DNA of 64,000 bases from Phoronis australis (lineage: Eukaryota; Animalia; Phoronida): NCBI GenBank assembly GCA_002633005.1, contig NMRA01000308.1, positions 248,001 to 312,000 of the forward strand, given 5' to 3'. Position numbers and translations under genes: made by a program. The notes under the pieces were generated by a model. The model was given only the letters and a program-made list of their open reading frames with translations. It was not told the DNA's origin and ran no database searches. Positions 22,884 to 36,399 of the stretch are shown in pieces. Every line of letters starts with the position of its first letter. Positions within the stretch are counted from its first letter, which is position 1.

Positions 22884-25800
22884 CTACGGTAAACTAAAAA
22901 TATCAAAAATACATCTGCAAGTGTCGCCCACTTTTTGTTTGATGTAACCCAGCTGATTGCAGCTGATGCTGGAGCAAGGATCGGCAGGGTTTACTGAATT
23001 AGCGCCTCCTGTTGACGGCTGATTGTTGGCAAAGTTTCCTGAATTAGTGCCTCCGACGCTCGTTTCCCGCGCACGCTGTGGTAATTCACACCTGTACAGA
23101 TCAAAAAGTTTAAATTGTAAGTAAAAAAGGAAGAAAAATCGAATTCGCTTAACCCGCATAGAGTACATGTATGTGGAAATTCACACAGCGTCACATGCCG
23201 CCTGATCAAAAGGCAGATCAGACAATTAATTCATAGTCGCCAATGAACCGTCTGTTCAGCCTTCACACCAGACGGCATATGAGTCTTCTTACCGTAAGAA
23301 GCAGACATTGCCATGATGTTGTCTAAAGCGGGCTGTCCGCCCATTGTAATCGCACATGATGTGTCCGAAGGGGGGGGGGGGGTGGGGCTCTGTCCGCCCA
23401 TGATGATCGCGCATGATGCGATCTAAGGAAGACTCTGTCTGCCCATGGGGATCGCACATGACGGGACAATATTACAATTTTCGACAATAATATTACGCTA
23501 ATCTAAGCTTATAAATATCTTAAAGAAGTATGATGAAATTCTCACTTTTCAGTTTTTATCGGAACTGTCAAGGCGAAGATACAGAAGGCATGATATTGAC
23601 TGACACTATTCGGGCTGAAACTCATTTCCACTAGGCCTCTTCACAAAATTGTAGAAAAAATACAATGTCGTGATTGCTCATTTACGAAGGCACATTTCTG
23701 CTATCGGAAAAATCTATTCTTACGATTGACTTACAGGCAGGAGGTCGTGTTGAAGTACATTCCGGTCTCACAGTTGGTGATCTTATTGCAGACACACTGA
23801 CAATCGTCGCCGTCCCATCTCTGGAGGTGGTGACACTTGCCCATATCCGTGTCTTCATTCTTACACTTACATCTACAGTCGCCCGCGTGAAAATCGTGCT
23901 TCTCTATATTGCAGTCAGACGGCTGCACGGAGCAGCGACATTGGCAATCAAGATGTTTCTCCATTCGGAGCACGACCGGCTGGAATCCCGTAATCGTTAA
24001 GGCCGCTGGAGAGTCGAAGACTGTCTTCATTACCTTTAAGTGTAATGATAAAATGATCATTATCACAGAAATACTCTCCAGTATTAGAAAAAGATGCAAT
24101 CCCAGACCGTTGTTCCTTATTACTGAACACGTCAACTTTACAACAGTCTTTAAGCATTACATGTAATGCTACCACATGGAAATTACAACGTGAGTACTTT
24201 AAGCTTAATTCAGCAAAAAGACTGCCTTTCGCCACAAAAACTAACTTTAGTGTCATTTTTTTCCAAGCCCAGAAAGCACTTGTCATGTGAGCTAGGAACA
24301 AGTTGAGATCAGTTTTATAAAGCGGCAAGTGCTCTAAATCAAAAGTTACATTACAAGGTGAAGGCCAGAGTTCCTTAACTCCGATAATTCATCGTTGTCT
24401 GATTGAGGAAATTGGTCTCTTTGAGAGAACACGGTTTCATAGTCACTATTAACTATGGTCTGGTGTTAAAACACAAGCGCGTTTGTTCACCCAAGTAACG
24501 ATATTTAGTTCCTATTCTTTTGTTTCTTAAATCGCCCCCAATGGCCATTCTGCCTTGACACCCAAAGCTTACCCCAAGTGAACAGCAACTTATTTAAAGA
24601 ACTTGTTCTTAACCAATAAGGAACATTTTATTTCTTTTCAAACCCACAAATTATTTTTAGTCTGCGTGCAGAACAAGACGATTGCGATATTATAACAGTA
24701 AATGGCCTAAATATATATTTTTGGGCAGAAATACGCGGCTTTATTGCCTCTTTAACTGAAAACGTCAAGCGATATATAAGTACAAGGTGTTTCTTAAACA
24801 GCCATCTAGTCGTGATTCGAATGGCAATAAAATCTTTCTCTTTTTCACTTATGTTGGCGTAAACACACTTTCACCAATCCTTTCACCTTTTGGTGACTGA
24901 CTAGTCAATTCTAAAGTAAAGTTCACTAAAGATGTTCAACTACAGTTGGCTTGGCCATTGCCCTGACGCTTAAGCGGTATCCACTTACAGTTACATCGAC
25001 GGTCCCTTTTGATATTGGAGTGCACTTGAGGGAATGATGTCCACAACAGCCTCCACACCTTGGCAAGAGGACGCACGGAGGATAAAGTAAGGTATTGGGA
25101 TTTGGATCCGCTGGTACGGGAACTGACGTACTCTTTGGCTCGCATTGGTCTCCCTTGACAACATCGGACAAGGACTCTGAAACACAAGAGCGTGAAAAAA
25201 TGTTTTTTTTTTGAGGTCAACATGGGACTGCATTCTGCTAAGCGCACAATGTTAGTATTTATCGTAATTGGTTAAATCATTGAACTTTTTGCAGTTGGAA
25301 ATACGACAAGAATAACGCAGAAGTATTTCATCAATGAAACATTTTTCGAAAACTTTCAGCCAATTATTTGGTTTTCGAGTGCATTTACCAGGCACTGAGT
25401 AATTTATGACTAATAATTACAAGTAGTTAATGTGACTACATCATATCATAGCGAAGTTCTAAATTATGTCCGAAAATTGTGACTTAATTTATAAATCATC
25501 AGTGGCAAGTTGTCGTCAGAGTAATGATCGACGTAATCACAATCCGCTAAACCGTTCTTTATTTGAAGCTGATGCCATGACTTCTATCTATCGGTGTCCT
25601 TTTCCGTCTGAAAACTTGCTACGCCTGACCTTTCATAGTGTCTTAATACTGAGGCGGCAGAGCTCCTGGTTAGGACGCTGTTAATAGTAAGACTTCAACG
25701 TCACTCAGGATATTCACACATAAAAATTGGAACTTTTCTCCCAAAATTGCACTTGTATACACATCACTTAACGCTATCACAATACTTACCAAAAGCACGG

Positions 25801-28800
25801 TTAGTGGGCAAACCTAAAACAAAAAACATATTTCTTTAATTTTACAAGGTAATCAATGTGATTTGAGCTTTTAGTTTATTTAACACATTAGGCCAAAAGT
25901 CATAGATGGTTCTAGTCTGTTTTTTTTTTTAAATCAAATTGTTGGGGTGGTATTTGTTTAGTTGCTCACTTTTTCAAAGAAAGAAAATCACCCGAGACGA
26001 CCAAAAGGAATCGGGAGTTTTTTACTCAACTCTAACCAGTTTCGGAGGAGAGGCCTGGCTAGACTTGTGCAGCAGATTTCGTAAACGAAAAAGTTGTGTA
26101 ACCTTCAGAATTGTGTTTGATGAATAGCATTTGTGAGTGAACACCTCAGAGTCCAACGACGACCTACGCTGCGTATGTCGCAGTCGATAATGTTGGAACT
26201 GCTCAACCGATTTATTTTTTGATTGATAAATAAAGTATGCCACACAATTACCACTAAATAATATATTGGATATAAACACACTGCCAAAACTCAATAATTC
26301 ATCTTTCAATTTTTCCTAATTATGCAAATTACAGGTCAGCTGCACCGACAGGTGGAGGGCGCCAAAAGGGTTCGCGAGAATCGGAGCCAAGAGGGATAAA
26401 GTAATTTACTGAACACAACAGACAGAAGCGTAGTCGTAAAAGTCCGGGCAGTGTGCCGCCATGATGGCAATCACTTTTAAACGGCCCATCTCCTTTTGAG
26501 TGGTAAAACAATAATTTTTTTAAAAGAGAACCTCGACTGAAATTGATGAAAGTGGGCGCTTTTCTATTGTTTCTATCATAGTGAGTGAGCGCAAGTATCA
26601 AAATGAGTCAGGGACCAGAACCATTTATGCTTTTTTGGTTTCATGGGAACTTTTAAGACTTTTGCGTGGAACTACGGGTCTGTTGAAATGGGGTGGTGGG
26701 TGCATAGTCATATTCAACTTCGTCAAAACAATGTCCCCAGTTAAAACTTTTCTCCGCCACTTTTCGTCATTCCGGACGTAACAAATCGCAAATTTCACAA
26801 TTTCAATTTCCCGTTTCCACTGTCTGTTCACCAGGCTCAACCGACACCGGCAAATTTCACGAATTCCCCCAAACGATCACCAACAACTGCGCACCTCCCA
26901 GTAGCACCCCTGATTGCCATAAGGCTGCTAAGTATAACCCACAAACAGTGTAAAATTTGAGAATCAAATTGATGACAAACACACACGCCTGAGCAGCATG
27001 CAAATAAGCTGTTCCAGGAATCGGCCGCGTGTGGCCTACTCACCCGTAATGGGGTCGAACAGTCCGCTGTCGTCTCTTGTAGGGACATGGGAAGATTTTC
27101 GTAACAAGCCAAGGAGCTGTTGGGCCGAAGTGACGTTTATAGCATTCAATCTCTGGTAGAATGAAATTGAAAACTCCTGAAATAACGGAAGCAGTAAATC
27201 AAATTTAAAATAAGAGATCTAAACGATTATTGGTTTTCATCAAGATTTAACATGAAACAGAACATAGAAATCCGACATGGTGGTAAAATAAATGAAACAA
27301 GCTGACTCAAGTGGCGACTGTGTTGTGCGACTGTGTTGTGCGAATAAGGCGAATGCATTGTGAACTGCAGTTTGATGACGTTTCATTACGGCGTTTTCCC
27401 GTTGCTCCCAACTTGTTCGATTCTATAGCCGAACAACAAGTTGAGAAGATCACCCCTATAGCCTATACCTTGCACGACTGATTAACTCCACTCTGGCATT
27501 TATGGTTGGTTGTTCGATAATTGCTTTAATCTCAGATCTAGCCTGACTGGGCTGTGCTGCTAAAAATAAAAGTTAAGTTAAAACATATTTGAACACAAAC
27601 CAATAGCATTTCTGAATTCCTTGTCAAATGCTGATCATGTTTAGTTTTTGAATCACCAAAATCGCCCAACTACAACAGAAGTTAAGACAATCCATTCTTC
27701 CAGGGCCCGGTCTCCAATCTTTTTACTCGAAATGGAACTCGAAATTAGGTTTGGAATTTTCTACTCCACATTTGGGCGAACTCAAGATAAGTGTCTATTA
27801 TTCTATGCTCGAGTACACAATAACTTACGTAGATAATTTATTGCCCCTAGTTCACAGTTTGTAAACCCAATATTAAAGCAATAAGTTTGAGTTTGAACTC
27901 GAAATTTCGAGTTTTTACTCGAGTTTGTATCACGAATATAAGGGTCTTCAAGGGCAAACTTGAACTAGAAACTCCAATGCATAAACTATAATGTATTCGA
28001 GCACAGTCTGATAACCAATTATCTTAAGGTCGCACAAAAGGAGCAGAGANAACGATTATTGGTTTTCATCAAGATTTAACATGAAACAGAACATAGAAAT
28101 CCGACATGGTGGTAAAATAAATGAAACAAGCTGACTCAAGTGGCGACTGTGTTGTGCGACTGTGATATGCGACTATGTTGTGCGACTGTGTTGTGCGAAT
28201 AAGGCGAATGCATTGTGAACTGCAGTTTTGATGACGTTTCATTACGGCGTTTTCCCGTTACTCCCAACTTGTTCGATTCTATAGCCGAACAACAAGTTGA
28301 GAAGATCACCCCTATAGCCTATACCTTGCACGACTGATTAACTCCACTCTGGCATTTATGGTTGGTTGTTCGATAATTGCTTTAATCTCCGACCAGATCG
28401 TATCTAGCCTGACTGGGTTGTGCTGCTAAAAATAAAAGTTAAGTTAAAACATATTTGAACATAAACCAATAGCATTTCTGAATTCCTTGTCAAATGCTGA
28501 TCATGTTTAGTTTTTGAATCACCAAAATCGCCCAACTACAACAGAAGTTAAGACAATCCATTCTTCCAGGTTTCAGTAACCCTTTGTTCAGCCTTGTTGT
28601 CATACGGGACAAAAGACTGTGCTGGGCAGTTAACAAAAGAGCCAGATGTTATCGCAAGTTCAGAACCCCTCACGTCTGGAAAAGTTGCTGAACGACAGAA
28701 CGCCGTCATGTCGACTCCGTTTGCCATTTGCAAACACACGAACAATAACAAGACCGGAAATCCTAGATAATTTTTGCAGAACCCGCAAGTGACAAATAAT

Positions 28801-30130
28801 GCTTGTATAAGAATATTTAGTTGACTTAAAAATCCTGAAGGGATCGTGAGCTTTGCAGACTTCAGAAATTTGCATCAGTGCACGGCACTCATTTACGTGC
28901 CTAGATTGATCTGTCGGACCATTTATTAGCATGGCCATCAAGTACGTTCTGTGCGTCAAGAATAAGCATGTGGACTCAATCATAGACGTCATCGCTCTTG
29001 AAGCAACAAACAAGCATCACGGAAAGTTCAACTCAAGAATATTGAAGTAGCAGAGATAAAAACAGGAAGTTGTGATTTCAGTGATGCAATCAGATTGTAC
29101 GGTGGAGGCTGGTCCACACAACCATGGCATGCATTTTCAGAACAGTTCCAGTTTGCAATCATTACTACATGCTGTTGGACATGAACAGTGTGACGAGTTC
29201 GTTTACGTCATTAGCTGTCCTTGTGCATTGAGTAACTGCACCGGAGCGGAATGTGTGTTTCCCTAAACCAAAATTTCAGCAATTACCATTCATGTTAAGA
29301 TTGCACGCTTTCTTTAAATCTTTCCAATGACGAATCAGTGGTGTTTGCACAGCATTTAGCCTCAATCGTGATAACGACTCTATTCAAATGCTTGAAGAAC
29401 AAACCATGCAAGGACAGAGATAAGAACAACAGGGTCTCTATAGGCTTTTAAAGCGGCTTTAAATCAAACTTCCACTGACCAATCAAACAAACTTTCAATT
29501 TAGACAAGTTAGTAGTCTCGCAATGTTTCTAAGTCAAATTGAAGGAGATTTCAGGGGTTCGAATTAACTAACAGTTGAAGATCAGTCTCTATAAGTTGGC
29601 TTAACTTGGTGTGTCATTTTATCAGGAGAGTATGGTTGCAAGGAATATTTTGTCGGTTGTATGCAAACCCAAAAATCACTTCTCGTGTTAGAGCAAGGAA
29701 CAAGTTGAGACCAATTTTGTAGCGGTACGTGGTCTACTTCAAAAGTTCTTGGACGGAATGCAGTATGATAGCCGTTTAAGGACGCGGGGTTTTAAGCAAG
29801 CTATTCGAAATGGTCTTTGCTTATAAAAGGCAATCTAGTCCAGAATATAGAGGAAAATGAAAAGAACCAAGGCCAGCGAAGACGGCAACCACATGTATTG
29901 ACGAATAGTATTTCAAAGGAATAAATACTTTTATACAAATCTCAAAGAGTCTATCTTGAACATTAAAATGAAGCTACGGCACATAGGCAATGCACTCTAC
30001 GCCGGCGCATACAGTCGATGGACGACGAGCGCCCACATTCCAAAACCGAAAAACGAAAATTGTAACTCACCTCCGACCTCACGAGCACCAAGCAAGTCCC
30101 CACCAGGAACACTGCCATCAAACAATTCAT
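22884..30130 (-). CDS. PDGF/VEGF-related growth factor, paralogue B, 303 aa, 6 exons
   Basis: Exons 30071-30130 (MNCLMAVFLVGTCLVLVRSE, signal-peptide-like), 27044-27176, 25790-25813, 24989-25176 (CEPK...YPPCVLLPRCGGCCGHHSLKCTP), 23735-24033 (EKHLDCQCRC plus Cys repeats), 22884-23091 (ends TCRCIFDIFSLP*). All GT-AG, phases compatible, 912 nt open. Exon structure parallels paralogue A. Confidence 0.92.
27222..28570. repeat. Near-identical ~0.5-kb duplication joined by a single N (probable haplotype overlap)
   Basis: 27222-27704 matches 28051-28570; N at 28050; 27705-28049 is present only after the first copy. Confidence 0.8.
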
Positions 30131-31627
30131 GTTGATTATTAATGGAAACCAGCACAGGCAAATGACAGCAAATTTCTCCTGCGTTCGTTATCGTCTCTGT
30201 GTGGATTCTGTTATGCGTCACTCGAGCGGTGCGAGTTTAAGTAGGCCGCGGACGAAGTTATAATTTAATTGGTGTAACGCGCTCAATAAACAAATCCAGG
30301 AAATAAACAAAGATGGACAAGGTCTGACTGTACGGGTTAGACCCAATTTGTGACGTCATAAAAGAAGACATAATTTTACCGGCTTATGGTTTTACAACCA
30401 CCAACCACAGGGCTGCTGTAACAATTGTCATGAACCCGACCAAGGGGAGGGGGGGGGGGGGCACTCCCATAGAGGAGGCATTCAGGACCTGTCGCTTACT
30501 TGGGNGACTTTTCCATAACCAGTATTAGGTAATTTCTTGTATATACCACCGGTCCATGTGTTTGTATATATCACCGGTCCATGTAGGTCTACAAGTTGTA
30601 ATCACGTGACCATAGTTTGTTTTCTTCACAGTTTCGAGAATGTTCAGCTACGCACAGAAATTTCGTCAGAGGTATATTACAAAATATTTGGCGTTAGACA
30701 TCCGTGGCGTATATTTACAAAGGAGATGCGAATGAGTGAAAACATTTTAATTTCCCCAAAAGCAAGGTTCATTCTTCCGACAAATTTCTAATGACGGGTG
30801 CATTTCTTGAACACGTTGTTTGCTAACAAGTGCTTCATTATTTAAGGAGGTCGAACGATAAAAAGATTCCTTTTCCAAACACAAGAATCCACAGAACAGT
30901 TTTTAATTTGTATTTTCAAAGCATTGGTTGCAAAAGATGTACCACTCGCTTTTGACAACATCATATTTCTTCTCTAATTCTATTTCAGGCACGGGTAAAA
31001 CCAGTTGTCCAAAAATCCATATAGAAGGATAAGCTTTGCGCAATGGGCCCAACCATGAGGCCTGCGCACGTCTGATGCACCGCAAATGACACCAGGCCAT
31101 CTGCTCTGTTTTGTTTTTTAAGCTTTGTGGAATTAATCCTAACGAAAAGGTGATGTTTTCTTGCAAGTCCCCTTCAAATGGTCCACTTTCTGAATGGGTT
31201 GGTATTGTAATTTTCTAGCAGCATCGCCCGTCAATACACCCCCGGGATTACGAACAGAATCGTCAGACAATCAGAAAGCCGATAGAGGGGTTGAGTTGAA
31301 GCACCTTTTAGGAAAATGTTCTTAAGGAAAACGGAAACAGGCAATCAACAGACTATTGAATTGACATTATCGTTGGCTAAGTTAAGACTTAATCGAACTT
31401 CTTATCTCTGAGGTCACAATCCCAGCAGCATTTTGCTGGTACGACTAAAAGTCAATGCTGAAACAGTCAACTATTGTTAACGTATATTTAACTAATAAAT
31501 TCACCGGCCTCCATTTCAGTTACTAACAACTATACCGAATGTCTGAAAGCCAAACATTGGGAAACTACAATTTCTAAAACAATCGCAAAACACTGCAGAT
31601 TTAGCCGTTTTATAACTCTGAATAAAG

Positions 31628-31915
31628 CTAATAACTTCGTGAAATCTAATAACTTCGTGAAGTCTAATCACTTCGTGAAGTCTAATAACTTCGTGAAGTC
31701 TAATAACTTCAAGAAGTCTAATAACTTCGTGATGTCTAATAACTTCGTAAAGTCTAATAACTCCGTGCAGTCTAATAACTCCGTGAAGTCTAATAACTCC
31801 GTGAAGTTTAATAACTCCGTGAAGTCTAATAACTCCGTGAAGTCTAATAACTTCGTGAAGTCTAATAACTTCGTGAAGTCTACTAACTTCGTGAAGTCTA
31901 ATAACTTCGGGAAGT
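31628..31915. repeat. Minisatellite, ~16 x 18 bp
   Basis: Unit CTAATAACTTCGTGAAGT with an internal near-palindrome ACTTC-GT-GAAGT. Confidence 0.92.
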
Positions 31916-34900
31916 ATCCCATCCAACAATAATCCCAAACATGCGTTTCCGGCCTTGAAACTGATTTGATGAACAAATGTTCATTTTAAAAGGGTAAGGT
32001 AGGGCGAAGATAAGTTTATGGGTCAGAGGTTACATTATCGGGGAGGTAGTTACTCGGTAAAGGTAAGGGGACACAAACGTACGACGGTAACTTGAGGACA
32101 AACTTCAACACAGTCACACCAAGCTGCGGGCTATTGTACTTAAAAAAATCTTAATCTTATCAGTCGCGTGGCTGGATTTTCCTGCCCTTCGCACCTCCAC
32201 AAAATAAAATTATAAATATTCCTCAGGATATAATTGGTACCAGTTGTGTTAGTACTCTGGAATACTTCAACCTGAACTGCTATGACTCCCCATCGATGAA
32301 CACTCAAGTCATTCCTGAATTTTCAGTTTAATTACGTAATCATCAATGGCCCAATATCAATTAAAACGCTAAAATGTCCCACTGATTCTTCTTCAATGCA
32401 TGATCACATGACTTTCACGGTCGTAAATAATTAGAAAGCGCTACCTCAAGGAGGTGTTGGCAACTGTGCTCATTGAACTATATAGCATTGAACTATATAG
32501 CAAGAAGCGGCATTAGCCAACTAATTAATGGTACTCAGGAAGTTCTCGTGATCCAAAATAGAATTTATAAACGCCAGAAATATAAGTGTTTATTTCTTTC
32601 TAAAATGACTTACGTTAATAAGTTTATCACACGTGCCAACGATAAAAAATGTGTCAAACAGTTGCGTCTTGCAGCTGACAACTGTAGTAGGTCCTCGCAG
32701 ATTCTGTTAACTTATCGACACTTTGAAAACTATACCGCATATTGAATAAATTGTTAATGAGAGGTCAACTTCGGAATGCGATAATACTCGACATCTAGTT
32801 TGTAGTTTACACAGTGAAACTCATTATAATCTATTAATTGCAGACCGATAACCACAGCAACCAATTTGAGAAAGTAGTCTAATTACGACAAACACTCTTG
32901 TAATTACCTAAACGCGACTGAAAAATGACTGAACTGGGTCGCGTTTAGGCAATTACATCGCCTTGAATGCCGCAGGCATACAGCCGGGGCGATAAATAAA
33001 ATACAGCAAATAAAATCGAATGAAACATACAGAATCTCGCGATACAGAATCTCGCGAAGCAAGCTAGTGTGACCAAGTACTTTGCTTGTGATATATGGCG
33101 ACATGTCGAGAAGTATTGCGTTATCTTTCGTTTTCGCGAGCTCCTCTCGCCTATGGAACGCCAAATTTAATCAATAGACATCCAGTGGTTGAGAATTTAA
33201 CAAAATGTAGGTGAGGTGGGCAGCGAGACACACGGACTTAACTCGACATGTAACCACCCATTCACGTGACATTTAGATTTATGATCCGGCCTGGACAAGC
33301 AAATGAGGACGAAACTGACAAATGCAACTGCGTGGCTCAATGGAATGCTCAACTTCAGCACATAAATTCGCCAACTCTGGGACAGCCCAGTAACAGACAC
33401 CGACCTGGTAAACTTGGTTCAACATGTCCAAGTTTATTAAAATGAACACATACACGAATCATACACCGGAGCACGAACATGATGCGTGGGCACACTGGAC
33501 AGGAAGCGTAACGAGGACTGACATCTTTATGCCACGAACTTTGTAAGAACGATTCGAAGATGAAACCATGAACACCAACGAGCGCGACTCCAACGCCTAT
33601 TATGCAAACGTACAGTAAATGCTAAACCCCTAAAACTACATTCTTTAACTAGAAAACGACATGATGATGTGAAGACCAGTGGCGGATCTAGGATATCANN
33701 NNAGGCTCGTAACGACGAATGGGGGAGGTCGGGAGGGGGAAAATTTTTGTTTTTGCCTCTGAAAACAAGCATTTTTCTTGATTTCTGTTCAACTGTTTCC
33801 TTGGTCAGGTCGATATTTGTGACTAGCTCGGCTAAATCCCACGACCGATATCACATTCTGGAATCTGACGTCGCTGCACGGCAAATTTTCAACTGGACAA
33901 GTTGTTTGGACTAATGATTCTAGACTTTCACTTGCTTTACGTATCTTATTGGTCTCGATGGCGAACAGATACACAAGCAGGCACATCACGTGGTCATGAC
34001 GCATACTCAAATGACTTATTCATATATGATAACACTATCACCTCATGAAAGAAGATTTTATTAAAAACTCAAATTAACAATTCATGTTTTCATGGCGGAC
34101 CTATTCCTGCTGAAAATTCACGCCAAAACCCAATTAGATTTGTTGACTGAAGCGCAAGCTTCAATTACCCCATTCCCTGCCAACATAATAGAGAGCCAGC
34201 CGGCTGGCATCATAACATTCTCCAACTGAATAGAACTACTTGTGACCTTTTCTTTGATCCGGATCTTCATATGGAGGACAAAAAATACTTTCATCTATTC
34301 ATATCACAACAGGATTCACAGCACCAATTTTTATGCCTTTTCTAATAACCCAGAATTTCCAAATCTGAGCCTGGAAGTTTTACGGAAATCTGGGAAAGCT
34401 GCCAAAAATAATCAAAAACATAAATTTATTCAATGCAGATGCACTAAATAAAAAATGCCTCCCAAGAGACACGACAACCTGGAATTAACAAGGAACCCAG
34501 CAGCCCTTTTAGGTCATCCTGAAGTACAAAAATTGGGACAGAGTCGGAAACCCACATCATTAAAATAAGATTTTCATGGGTGATTTTACTGGCAAAATTG
34601 CCCTTTAATTTTTGATTTTCGATAGAGTAATGCCGTCAGTGATAGTGTTATCAAAGCAACAAATGTGCAGAGAACACCATGTAGGCATGCATTCTTAACC
34701 TTAACTATATATAGGAAATCAAAAATCTATAACATTTTAAATGTTTATGTAAAAGTAATCCTGTATTATACATTGACGTTAAATGCTAAAGACACAATTG
34801 TAACGTTTCATTATCTCGTTGAACCATTTATTTTTTCCGAAACATATGTAAACAATAACACTTTATTACATGGCACAAGTTCCCTTGGTATGTATCAGTC

Positions 34901-34949
34901 TAACCAAAAAAATATTATTCTTTGATCAAAACCCCCTTAAGCATATTAA

Positions 34950-35837
34950 AGGCGAAGGCAACCTTTTTCATATCATTTTTAGCAAAAATAAGTTTCGTTG
35001 GTTATCCCAGACATATTTTCCACTTAATTATAGCTTTTCGTAATTTAATTAATTATTCGTTCTCTACTCCGCAAGTGACGTTTTGGGAGGCAAGAATTTC
35101 ACGCCAATTTCTTTTCATATCATAGTCTGATTATGAAAGCTGTCGAGTCAGTCATTGATCTATCTCGGTTGTGTTAAGTTCGGTCGTCGTTTTGCTTTTG
35201 GTTACGAGTCAGCCAACATGCCACACTGTTGCTGCGTACCGGGATGTAGTCATTATGGCCCAAAGCCTGTAAGTAGCCCTGCTGCGATGTTGAGTAGTGG
35301 GAGTGAATACAGGCCCAGTGAAGAGTACAGTTCGTTGTTCAATGAACAGGTCGGTGAGCCAAACTTTGTGTGGACTTGTCTAAAGTATTGGAGCTATTTA
35401 AAAGGTGTCAGGTGTGTGGCGAGGGAATCACACGGCGGGGTGTAAGTAGTTTTTGTGCTCAGATCACTATCCAGTGAGAGTGTGTCGCGGGACACTCGGG
35501 CAAGTGGGACAGTTCTTCCTCTGTCCGTGAGACGACAATGAGTACATCCCGGTACGCAGCAACAGTGTGGCATTTTGACTGATTCGTTAACAAAAGCAAA
35601 CAACGACCGAACTTATCACAACCAAATAGAAAAAGGACTGACTCGGCAGCTCTCACAGTCAGACTATATGAAAAGAAATTGGCGCGAAATTCTTGCCTCC
35701 CAAAACGTCACTTCCAGAGTAGAGAACGAATAATTCATTAAATTACGAAAAGCTGTAATTAAGTGGAATACATGTCTGGGATAGCCAACGAACCTTATTT
35801 TTGCTAAAAAAGAAATGAAACAAGGTTGCCTTCGCCT
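34950..35837. mobile_element. Non-autonomous foldback DNA transposon with TTAA target duplication (Kolobok-like), ~300-bp TIRs
   Basis: TTAA|AGGCGAAGGCAACCTT ... AAGGTTGCCTTCGCCT|TTAA. Arms are 34950-~35253 and ~35537-35837; each contains the start MPHCCCVPGC. Confidence 0.85.
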
Positions 35838-36399
35838 TTAACCGCGGTATCGCCGCTTGTGATTTAAAAATGGAAAATCATAAATTAGATGGACCCGAGC
35901 TCATGACCTCTTGATCAAAGAGCGCGTGCACTCTTCCATTGTGCCACCACGCTTCCAACTAAACCAAAATGCTAAGAGCCATTATGATAGTTTTTATGGC
36001 CCACACCGTTCGCATACGAAACTGCTCCTTCCTGTAATGTTTGTTGAGCGTTTTATGTTCTGTACAAACCAGTTTGTAGCAAAGTTTCCCAAAAGACCAA
36101 TCCATTTTTCGTATTGGCATTAAACGCACTAGTTTTGCAAATCGTCTTAATTTTAGTGTTTGACAAAGTGAGAAATACGAGTGTCTAAGTGATTCACCGA
36201 GGCTGCGATTAAAATTAACATCTAGTTACCAGGCCCCCTGCCCCACCCCCTAAATCCGTCTATGGAGACAGACGTTTGTGATATTGATTCTGTAAATATT
36301 TCACACAACAGTAGGCAAGCAACATCTTCATGGGCAATTCAGGTACTTATTGATCAACGTGCAATGTATTTTAATACATTATTAAAAGAATTCTCTGAA

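Noticed and set aside
27469-27559. Candidate PVF-B exon with AG/GT boundaries
   Set aside because: Stop codon in the required phase, and a 10-nt indel between the two haplotype copies; 27044-27176 fits instead.
31628-31915. Resemblance to a CRISPR array or loxP sites (the unit contains ATAACTTCGT, 10 of the 13 bp of a loxP arm; ACGAAGTTAT also occurs at ~30252)
   Set aside because: No unique spacers, no cas or recombinase gene, no full 13-8-13 loxP structure; it is an ordinary eukaryotic minisatellite.
31516-31976. Repetitive ORFs (EVIRLH)n, (VKSNNF)n, (KLLDFT)n
   Set aside because: By-products of an 18-bp repeat that is stop-free in several frames; no splice or homology support.
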